NCBI GenBank assembly: GCA_049510745.1 | Contig: JBEKYR010000065.1 | Coordinates: 1-18,640, forward strand | Length of the DNA: 18,640 nucleotides | Direction: 5' to 3' | Source of the DNA: Verrucomicrobiota bacterium | GTDB lineage: Bacteria; Verrucomicrobiota; Verrucomicrobiia; Limisphaerales; Palsa-1400 | Shown here: piece by piece, positions 9,678 to 16,315 of the stretch | Layout: every line of letters starts with the position of its first letter | How positions within the stretch are numbered: the stretch's first letter is position 1 | Notes under the pieces: model-generated | What the model was told of the DNA's origin: nothing | Database searches by the model: none | Seen by the model: only the letters and a program-made list of their open reading frames with translations | Position numbers and translations under genes: made by a program

Positions 9678-10055
9678 TTACGGCAGAACGTGACTTGAGG
9701 AAACGATCTGGCAGACCGGCGGAGTGCCGACGGCGTTTGGCGTGTAGCTGGTGGTGAAGCTATTCTGCGAATCCACCGGGCAGGTGGGCAGTTCGCCATT
9801 GTTGCCGCGGCCCAGATAAGGCTGGAGGTCCGTGCCTTGCGGGGTGTCGGTGGACACCTTTTTCTGCTCCAAGGCCCATTGCTGCTTGGAGGAATCAATC
9901 AACCGGAGGTTGTTGATGCAAGCGTTTTGCTGTGAGGTGGTGCGGGCTTTCACGAAGTTGGGAATCGCAATCGCGGCCAACAGACCGATAATCGCGACAA
10001 CAATCATGATTTCAACGAGGGTGAAGCCCTGTTTTTTTGCAGTAGTTCTTTTCAT
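9678..10055 (-). CDS. Type IV prepilin (PilA-like), copy A
   Basis: Basic leader MKRTTAKKQG, cleavage/methylation motif G|FTLVE, hydrophobic helix IMIVVAIIGLLAAIAIPNF; 125 aa. Confidence 0.93.
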   Translation of the reverse strand: MKRTTAKKQGFTLVEIMIVVAIIGLLAAIAIPNFVKARTTSQQNACINNLRLIDSSKQQWALEQKKVSTDTPQGTDLQPYLGRGNNGELPTCPVDSQNSFTTSYTPNAVGTPPVCQIVSSSHVLP

Positions 10056-10073
10056 ATTTCTCTTTCCATTGAC

Positions 10074-10145
10074 GCGGCGTGAACACAGCCAAAGAGCGGG
10101 TTAATATTAAAACTGAAGGTTCACAGATTGCTCTTTGACAACCGC
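10074..10145 (-). ncRNA. Candidate structured 5' leader of pilin A
   Basis: Pairings GCGGU/GCCGC, GUCAAAGAGC/GCUCUUUGGC and GUGAAC/GUUCAC; equivalent stems in the other two leaders. Confidence 0.5.
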
Positions 10146-10157
10146 TTTTAGTTTTCC

Positions 10158-10174
10158 AGCATTGCCTGTGCCAA
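10158..10174 (-). promoter_or_regulatory. Sigma-54 (-24/-12) promoter of pilin A
   Basis: Minus strand TTGGCACAGGCAATGCT, with exact GG-N10-GC spacing, about 100 nt upstream of the ATG. Confidence 0.8.
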
Positions 10175-10225
10175 GGAGCCGGAGCGGCCCCTGGCTTTGT
10201 CACGATCGCTTCCTTGCCAACCGTG

Positions 10226-10264
10226 AAAAAAGGAAAAAAGGGCCTGGATGGTTTCCAGGCCCTT
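10226..10264 (-). terminator. Intrinsic terminator after pilin B
   Basis: Minus strand AAGGGCCTGGA-aacca-TCCAGGCCCTT followed by TTTTCCTTTTTT. Confidence 0.85.
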
Positions 10265-10304
10265 CTTGATGCTCACGACCTCGCAGGATCGTGAAAGAGC
10301 GTCG

Positions 10305-10682
10305 TCAGGGCAGAACGTGGGAACTCGAAACGATCTTGCACTGCGGAGGCACGCCGACGGAGTTTTGACTGTAACTGGTGGCGAAGCTGTTTTGCGAATC
10401 CACCGGGCAGGTGGGCAATTCGCCCGCGGAGCCGCGGCCCAAATAAGGCTGGAGGTCCGTGCCTTGCGGGGTGTCGGTGGACTGCTTTTTCTGCTCCAAG
10501 GCCCATTGCTGCTTGGAGGAATCAATCAACCGGAGGTTGTTGATGCAAGCGTTTTGCTGTGAGGTGGTGCGGGCTTTCACGAAGTTGGGAATGGCGATCG
10601 CGGCCAGCAGACCGATAATCGCGACAACGATCATGATTTCCACGAGGGTGAAGCCCTGTTTCTTTGTAGTGGTCCTTTTCAT
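10305..10682 (-). CDS. Type IV prepilin (PilA-like), copy B
   Basis: MKRTTTKKQG|FTLVEIMIVVAIIGLLAAIAIPNF; 125 aa; 11 residues differ from copy A. Confidence 0.93.
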   Translation of the reverse strand: MKRTTTKKQGFTLVEIMIVVAIIGLLAAIAIPNFVKARTTSQQNACINNLRLIDSSKQQWALEQKKQSTDTPQGTDLQPYLGRGSAGELPTCPVDSQNSFATSYSQNSVGVPPQCKIVSSSHVLP

Positions 10683-10700
10683 ATTTCTCTTTCTATTGAC

Positions 10701-10772
10701 GCGGCGTGAACCCGGCCAAAGAGCGGGTTAATATCAAGACTGAAGGTTCACAGATTGCTCTTTGACAACCGC
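10701..10772 (-). ncRNA. Candidate structured 5' leader of pilin B
   Basis: Same stems as leader A, with GUGAACC/GGUUCAC. Confidence 0.5.
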
Positions 10773-10784
10773 TTTTAGTTTTCC

Positions 10785-10801
10785 AGCATTGCCTTTGCCA
10801 A
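10785..10801 (-). promoter_or_regulatory. Sigma-54 promoter of pilin B
   Basis: Minus strand TTGGCAAAGGCAATGCT, GG-N10-GC. Confidence 0.78.
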
Positions 10802-10853
10802 GGAACCGGCAGCGGCCCCTGGCTTTGTCACGGTTGCTTCCTTGCCAACCGTG

Positions 10854-10893
10854 AAAAAACAAAAGAAGGGCCTGGACTCTTTCCAAGCCCTTC
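10854..10893 (-). terminator. Intrinsic terminator after pilin C
   Basis: Minus strand GAAGGGCTTGGA-aagag-TCCAGGCCCTTC (one U-G pair) followed by TTTTGTTTTTT. Confidence 0.82.
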
Positions 10894-10932
10894 CTGATGC
10901 TCATGACCTCGCAGGATCATGAAAGAGCCTCG

Positions 10933-11310
10933 TCAGGGCAGGATGTGGGAACTCGAAACGATATTGCAGACCGGCTTGGTTCCGACGTTGTTTTGAGTGT
11001 AACTGGTGGCGAAGGTATTCTGCGAATCCACCGGGCAGGTGGGCAATTCGCCGGCGGAGCCGCGGCCCAGATAGGGCTGGAGGTCCGTGCCTTGCGGGGT
11101 GTCGGAGTTCTGTTTGCGCTGCTCCAAGGCCCATTGCTGCTTGGAGGAATCAATCAACCGGAGGTTGTTGATGCAGGCGTTTTGCTGTGAGGTGGTGCGG
11201 GCTTTCACGAAGTTGGGGATCGCGATCGCGGCCAGCAAACCGATAATGGCAACGACGATCATGATTTCAACGAGGGTGAACCCTGACTTGCGGGTGATTT
11301 TCTTCTGCAT
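10933..11310 (-). CDS. Type IV prepilin (PilA-like), copy C
   Basis: Start at ATG 11310 (MQKKITRKSG|FTLVE...), preceded by AAAAGG; this gives the same 125-aa length as A and B. Confidence 0.93.
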   Translation of the reverse strand: MQKKITRKSGFTLVEIMIVVAIIGLLAAIAIPNFVKARTTSQQNACINNLRLIDSSKQQWALEQRKQNSDTPQGTDLQPYLGRGSAGELPTCPVDSQNTFATSYTQNNVGTKPVCNIVSSSHILP

Positions 11311-11332
11311 AGTATTTACCTTTTCTGCTCTT

Positions 11333-11408
11333 TTGCGGCGTGAACAGGGCAAAAGGCGGGTTAATATGAATACAGTTTTGTTCACTAATTGCCTTTTGCT
11401 GACCGCAA
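11333..11408 (-). ncRNA. Candidate structured 5' leader of pilin C
   Basis: UUGCGGU/GCCGCAA, GCAAAAGGC/GCCUUUUGC and GUGAACA/UGUUCAC; sequence is diverged from A/B but pairing is retained. Confidence 0.5.
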
Positions 11409-11420
11409 CGCCTAAAACCT

Positions 11421-11437
11421 AGCACCGCTCATGCCAA
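11421..11437 (-). promoter_or_regulatory. Sigma-54 promoter of pilin C
   Basis: Minus strand TTGGCATGAGCGGTGCT, GG-N10-GC, at the equivalent position despite unrelated flanking sequence. Confidence 0.78.
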
Positions 11438-11530
11438 AATCAAGCACTTCTCAACTTTGCGCGGGTCAAATCCTGTAAGGGCGGTTCGCTTTTCTTCTGC
11501 GAGGCAATCCCCTACACGCTTGGTTCGTCA

Positions 11531-11558
11531 TTGACACGGCCCGATTCAAGCCGAAAAT
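11531..11558 (+). promoter_or_regulatory. Possible sigma-70 promoter of the flavoprotein/reductase genes
   Basis: Perfect TTGACA, 16-nt spacer, then GAAAAT; 30 nt before ATG 11589. Confidence 0.35.
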
Positions 11559-11588
11559 CTAATTCGTCCGTGATTACAGATCAGAACT

Positions 11589-12200
11589 ATGAAAGCCATT
11601 GCCATTAACGGAAGCCCGCGAAAGGGCGGGAACACTGAAATCCTTCTGAAAAAGGTGCTTGCGCCGCTGGCCGCAGCCGGCTGGGAAACCCAGTTCGTCC
11701 AATTGGGCGGCAAACCGATCCGCGGATGCCAGGCCTGTTACCAGTGTTTCAAGAAGAAGGATTCCCGATGCAGCCAGAAGGATGATTTTTTCAACCCGTG
11801 CTTCGAGAAAATGGTGGCGAGCGACGCGATCATCCTCGGATCGCCGACCTACTTCACTGACGTGAGCGCTGAAATGAAGGCGCTGTTGGATCGCGCCGGG
11901 CTGGTGGCGCTGGCCAACGGCGGATTGTTCCGCGGAAAAATCGGAGCCGCCGTGGTGGCGGTCAGACGCGGCGGCGGCACGCACGCGTTTGACACGATGA
12001 ACCACATGTTCCTCATGTCCGGGGCCATTGTGCCGGGATCCACGTATTGGAATCTCGGGTTTGGATTGGACAAGGGGGATGTGGCCAAGGATGAGGAGGC
12101 TTCGCGCAACCTGAAGGATCTGGGCCAGACCATCGCCTGGTTGGGCGCAGCGATCCATCAGCACGCCGGGAGCCGGCCGCCTGCCGATGTTGGCGAATGA
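11589..12200 (+). CDS. Flavodoxin-fold iron-sulfur flavoprotein (Isf/NADPH-dependent FMN reductase family)
   Basis: INGSPRKGGNT FMN-phosphate loop, Cx2Cx2Cx7C cluster motif, ILGSPTYF, RRGG. Confidence 0.9.
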   Translation: MKAIAINGSPRKGGNTEILLKKVLAPLAAAGWETQFVQLGGKPIRGCQACYQCFKKKDSRCSQKDDFFNPCFEKMVASDAIILGSPTYFTDVSAEMKALLDRAGLVALANGGLFRGKIGAAVVAVRRGGGTHAFDTMNHMFLMSGAIVPGSTYWNLGFGLDKGDVAKDEEASRNLKDLGQTIAWLGAAIHQHAGSRPPADVGE

Positions 12201-12236
12201 ATCCTCCCCATCTCACTCTGGAACCGGTTCGTTACC

Positions 12237-13382
12237 ATGCAATTCCGCAAATTCGGCAGACTGGACTGGAACGCCTCGGTTCTGGGCTTCGGCTGTATGC
12301 GCCTGCCCACCGTGGACGGAAATCCAAACGGCCCAAATATCAATGAAGCGGAAGCGGTGCGCCTGATCCGCCACGCGCTGGATCGAGGCGTGAACTATTT
12401 CGATACCGCTTACGTCTATCACGAAGGCCACAGCGAGACCATCCTGGGCAAGGCGTTGCGCGGCCATCGAGACCTGGTAAAAATAGCCACAAAGTCCCCG
12501 GTGTGGCTGATCGAAAAGGGAGCCGATTTCGACCGGTTTTTAAACGGGCAACTGCGCAGGCTTCAGACCGATCACATTGATTTCTATTTGCTCCATGCCC
12601 TGGGAAAAAGCCGCTGGAGCGAAATTGTCCTGAAATACAAACTCCTGGAAAAGGCCGAGGCTGCGATTGGCGACGGCCGCATCCGCCATCTGGGTTTCTC
12701 GTTCCACGACAACTACGAGAGCTTCCCGGACATCGTCAACGGCTACGACCGCTGGACGTTCTGCCAGATTCAATACAACTACATGGACACGGAAAACCAG
12801 GCGGGCACCAAGGGATTGAAGCTGGCCGCCGCCAAAGGTCTGGCCGTCGTGATCATGGAACCGCTGCTCGGCGGCAGGCTGGCCCGTCCGCCCTCGTCGA
12901 TTGCCCAGATGATCGAGCGCTCCAGCGTGAAGCGATCCCCGGCGGACTGGGCGTTGCAATGGCTTTGGGACCAGCCCGAAGTGTCGGTGGTGTTAAGCGG
13001 CATGAGCAACATGGACCAACTGAAAGCCAACCTGGAATCGGCCTCTCACGCGCGCAGTAATTCGTTTGAGGCGGCCGACCGAAAACTGATCGCCGACTTG
13101 CAGCAAAAGTACCGGGAACGAGCCGCTATTCCTTGCACCAAGTGCAACTACTGCATGCCCTGTCCAAACGGAGTGAACATTCCGGGCATTTTTGAAATCT
13201 ACAACGAAGCGTTTCTCCACGAAGACATTCCGGGCGCGCGCTTCAAGTATCAGATTTTTATCCCGGAAGCGGCGCGGGCCGATGTTTGCGTGGCCTGCCA
13301 CGACTGCGAAGATCATTGTCCCCAGAAAATCCCGATCAGCGAATGGATGCCCAAGGTTCACGCGCTGCTCGGCGGGGCATGA
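12237..13382 (+). CDS. Aldo/keto reductase with C-terminal 4Fe-4S dicluster domain
   Basis: LGFGCMRLP, NYFDTAYVY, IATK, IDFYLLH, LGFSFH, IMEPLLGG; C-terminal CTKCNYCMPCP and CVACHDCEDHCP. Confidence 0.92.
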   Translation: MQFRKFGRLDWNASVLGFGCMRLPTVDGNPNGPNINEAEAVRLIRHALDRGVNYFDTAYVYHEGHSETILGKALRGHRDLVKIATKSPVWLIEKGADFDRFLNGQLRRLQTDHIDFYLLHALGKSRWSEIVLKYKLLEKAEAAIGDGRIRHLGFSFHDNYESFPDIVNGYDRWTFCQIQYNYMDTENQAGTKGLKLAAAKGLAVVIMEPLLGGRLARPPSSIAQMIERSSVKRSPADWALQWLWDQPEVSVVLSGMSNMDQLKANLESASHARSNSFEAADRKLIADLQQKYRERAAIPCTKCNYCMPCPNGVNIPGIFEIYNEAFLHEDIPGARFKYQIFIPEAARADVCVACHDCEDHCPQKIPISEWMPKVHALLGGA

Positions 13383-13488
13383 TTCAGCGCCGTGCGGCTT
13401 CGGTGATAATCCGACGAACCAAAGCGGCGAACCGGTCCCGAAGTCGCGCGCGATTGATTCTCCGAGCTGCGAGGAGTAACCTGGCGCC

Positions 13489-14142
13489 ATGAACACTTCG
13501 CCTGCTGTTCGCCAGACGGCTTCAAACCCGCGGCAACTCGCCCGCAGGGTGATCAAAGACCCCCGGCTGTTGGAGAAAGTCATGGAGGGATTAGGCTCAG
13601 AGAAAGCCCGCGTCAAATTCGGTTGCGCCAAAGCGCTGCGCCTTCTTGGCGAAACGCGCCCCGATCTGCTTTACCCGCGATTCGAGTCTTTCGTTCGCCT
13701 GCTGGACCATCCAAACAAGATCTTCCAGTGGGAGGCCGCGGGCGTGCTCTCGCAATTGGCCCGGGTGGATGCCGAGGACAAGTTTACGGCGATTTTTGAC
13801 AAGTATTTTGCTCCCATTCGTGGCCCGGTCATGATCACGGCCGCCAATGTCATCCGGGGTGGCGCCAGGATCGCTGCGGCCAAACCTCACCTGGCCGACC
13901 TCATTGCGGCCGAAGTGCTGAAGGTGGACCGGGCGCGCTACCAAAGTCCGGAGTGCCGGAATGTCGCCATCGGCCATGCCATTGTCGCATTGGGCGATTT
14001 TTTTGAGTTGCTCCAGCATCCGGCTCCGGCGCTGCGGTTTGTGCGAAGGCAAATCAAGAATGCGCGGCCGGCGACGCGGAAGAAGGCCGAACAATTTCTG
14101 AAAGGAGTGCGAAACCGGGCGAACCGGCCCGAGGTCAAATGA
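13489..14142 (+). CDS. Hypothetical protein, probably HEAT/ARM-like helical repeat
   Basis: 217 aa, GAGGAG upstream; amphipathic helical pattern (VKFGCAKALRLL, IFQWEAAGVLSQLA). Confidence 0.7.
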   Translation: MNTSPAVRQTASNPRQLARRVIKDPRLLEKVMEGLGSEKARVKFGCAKALRLLGETRPDLLYPRFESFVRLLDHPNKIFQWEAAGVLSQLARVDAEDKFTAIFDKYFAPIRGPVMITAANVIRGGARIAAAKPHLADLIAAEVLKVDRARYQSPECRNVAIGHAIVALGDFFELLQHPAPALRFVRRQIKNARPATRKKAEQFLKGVRNRANRPEVK

Positions 14143-14155
14143 TTCTGCGGCTTCC

Positions 14156-15916
14156 TCAGAACCGGCCCGGCAAGGGGGGAGGTTTCGAGCCGGGGGACAA
14201 CAGCAAGAGGCCCGGCAGTTCCAGGCGCCGGGCTTCGTCCGGGTCAATTCTCGCAATCGCCATGGCAGCGGCGTAGCGGGCGTCGTCGGTGGCGCTGAGG
14301 ATTTTCTCCAAGGCCGGCAGGGTGTCCCGTGCCGGCGGGCCGATATCGCCCGCCAGTTCAATGGCCCGCGTGTCGCGGCGTTCCACGGCGGCGGTCAACT
14401 CGGCCAGCGGAAGGTTGGTTTCCAATCCCAACCGCCAGAGGCAGACTGCCGCGCCGCAGCGCACCATCGGGAAGTCCGCGCCGCGCAGGGCTTGCAAGGC
14501 CGGCAGAGAGTTGGAATTGTCCCGCGGTGCGATCTGGCACAAGGCGCCGGCCGCGTCGAGCCGGACAAAGCGACCGCTTTCGTGCAGTAATTCTTCCAAC
14601 GTTGGAATCGCCGCCGCCGCCCCCGGCCCGATCGCGCCCAACGCGCGGCAGTAAGCGTGGCTGTTCCATCCCGAATGTTCGAGCAGGTCCGCCAGCGCCG
14701 CCGTTGCGGCGGCGGAGGGGGGGCCGATCTGGCCCAGCGCGTTGGCGGCCGCCCCCAGCACCTCACGTCGCAGGGAACCGGAAAGCATTCGGAGCCGGGT
14801 CGAGGAAAGCATTTTCGCCAGCGCGGGCACGGCTTCCGTGGCGCGCGGGCCGGCCAGTTCGATCCTTTTCATGGCCAGAACCGATTTCGCGGAAGGAGCC
14901 TCTTGCAAGGAGTCGATCAGGAGCCGAAGCACGGGCGCGGGGTCGCAATTGCACTGACGCACGGCGTCGCGCCAGCCTTCCGGGTCCACGTCCTGCAACA
15001 GGCTGGCGGCCTCTTCGCGCACGTCCCAGTCACGATCGAGCAGGGCCTTCTGGATGGCGGGCGCGGCGAGCCGGGCGGCGGGCGGCGCTCTGGCGAAGGT
15101 CTGCAAGCTGCGGATTCTGTCGGCCGGCTTGCCGCGGCGCAGCGCCTGCGACACAATCTCAACAAAAGCATTAGTCTGGCGGTCCAGTTCCCACAAGGCG
15201 AGGGCGGCGGAGAGTGAGAGGCTGCCGCCTTGGCGGCCAACTTCCAGCAGGCAGGGAAGGGCGGCCCTGGCAGTAGGTCCCGCGGCGGCCAGAAGGGAGA
15301 GACATTCCTCGCGAAACGGGCAATTGGTGTTGCGCAAGTTGTCAATCAATTCCGGCACGATGCAGTCCAGCTTCGGCCCGGCGGCGCGCAACACGGTGTC
15401 GAGCATGGCCTGGTCCTCCGGGTCGGCCTGGGGGTACATCTGCCAGACCAGCGGCACGGCGGGCGCGGCGTCCGGCCCCAGGCTGCGCAACAAATCGGCG
15501 GCCAGATGGCGCTGGGCTTCGGCCCGGGTCGTCATTCTTGCGTTGGATTCGGACCAGTTTTCGACCGCCTCGTCCAGCCAGTCCGGCACCCAATCGGGCA
15601 GGTCGCGGGCCTCGAGGATTTCCGACCAGGATTGGGCGATCGGCCCGCGGCGCAAAGGGGGCAGGGAGTTGGCCAGGAACAGCGCGCCTTTTGGACCCAT
15701 CTCCTGGAAGACAGCCCGGCTGCGGGCAAAGTTATTGTCGGCCGCGGCCAGCCAATGGCCGGCGGACAACCCGTGGTAATGCGGTTCGTGTCCGAACCAC
15801 CCCGCCCACCACGCGGCCACCGCAATGGCGCTGGCCGTCAAGAGCGCGGCGAGCCAGCGTTTGGATCGCTTGGATAGGACTGAGTTGGGCTGGGCATCAG
15901 ACTTCATACAGGACAT
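14156..15916 (-). CDS. Membrane-anchored HEAT-repeat protein
   Basis: N-terminal hydrophobic anchor; repeated A..ALG.IGP.A..AVP.L units typical of PBS-lyase HEAT repeats; start could be 15907. Confidence 0.82.
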   Translation of the reverse strand: MSCMKSDAQPNSVLSKRSKRWLAALLTASAIAVAAWWAGWFGHEPHYHGLSAGHWLAAADNNFARSRAVFQEMGPKGALFLANSLPPLRRGPIAQSWSEILEARDLPDWVPDWLDEAVENWSESNARMTTRAEAQRHLAADLLRSLGPDAAPAVPLVWQMYPQADPEDQAMLDTVLRAAGPKLDCIVPELIDNLRNTNCPFREECLSLLAAAGPTARAALPCLLEVGRQGGSLSLSAALALWELDRQTNAFVEIVSQALRRGKPADRIRSLQTFARAPPAARLAAPAIQKALLDRDWDVREEAASLLQDVDPEGWRDAVRQCNCDPAPVLRLLIDSLQEAPSAKSVLAMKRIELAGPRATEAVPALAKMLSSTRLRMLSGSLRREVLGAAANALGQIGPPSAAATAALADLLEHSGWNSHAYCRALGAIGPGAAAAIPTLEELLHESGRFVRLDAAGALCQIAPRDNSNSLPALQALRGADFPMVRCGAAVCLWRLGLETNLPLAELTAAVERRDTRAIELAGDIGPPARDTLPALEKILSATDDARYAAAMAIARIDPDEARRLELPGLLLLSPGSKPPPLPGRF

Positions 15917-16014
15917 TCCCGGCGCCCGGAATCGTAACGGCAGCCGCCTGGCTGAAAAACCGTCAACGGCCTCCAGCCGCTTTACGGACGGGCAGTTGCA
16001 CTGGCTGGAACTTC

Positions 16015-16269
16015 CTATTCACGTCCGCCGTTTGCTCTCCTTTTTTTGGAGGAGTGCTCGTTTTTCAACTCCAACGCGGTCACCAGCAGGATGTCGATGA
16101 ATATGGAGGCGTCGTTCGGACCGTGAAAAACATGGAGGATCCGTCCGGTCTGGGACGACGAAACAAAGTCCGGATGTTGGACGGGAATTTGCCGTCCGTC
16201 GGCCAACCGCATGACAAACGGCACGAACGGTTCCGCGTTGACCAATTCGCGCACTTTTTCAATCGTCAT
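16015..16269 (-). CDS. Small conserved hypothetical protein (84 aa)
   Basis: Motif PFVPFVMRLADGRQIPVQHPDF resembles small PVC-group hypothetical proteins (from memory); co-oriented directly downstream of the topoisomerase gene. Confidence 0.75.
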   Translation of the reverse strand: MTIEKVRELVNAEPFVPFVMRLADGRQIPVQHPDFVSSSQTGRILHVFHGPNDASIFIDILLVTALELKNEHSSKKRRANGGRE

Positions 16270-16315
16270 AGAGCTTCCTTACTCTTTCCCGCCCTGAAAA
16301 GCAAGTTCAGGGAAT

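Larger units (their letters stand above)
9678..11310. repeat. Tandem triplication of the pilin gene with two duplicated spacers (period 627-628 bp)
   Basis: Three 378-nt ORFs; spacers 10056-10304 and 10683-10932 align along their length; 9858-9965 is identical to 10485-10592. Confidence 0.95.

Noticed and set aside
9678..10055. Electrically conductive (e-pilin) type
   Set aside because: Only 6 F/W/Y in 115 mature residues, with long aromatic-free gaps.
10197..10220. TTGTCA-N12-TGCCAA (also 10825-10848) as an enhancer-binding protein site
   Set aside because: Only about 25-45 bp from the -24 element, not seen upstream of copy C, and better explained by hairpin H3; not fully excluded.
10056..10932. 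Spacers as integron attC sites or CRISPR repeats
   Set aside because: No RYYYAAC/GTTRRRY core pair at the cassette ends, no integrase or cas genes, and the repeat unit is a whole gene.
9678..11310. Pilin copies as template/variable repeats of a diversity-generating retroelement
   Set aside because: Differences are not confined to adenines, all copies are intact genes with promoters, and there is no reverse transcriptase in the window.
11311..11385. Longer 150-aa start for pilin C
   Set aside because: ATG 11310 matches the paralogues in length and leader type; the extension runs through the conserved leader RNA.
11341..11420. c-di-GMP-I riboswitch suggested by ACAGGGCAAA on the + strand
   Set aside because: Wrong strand for the pilin, and the GNRA loop, receptor and second stem are missing.
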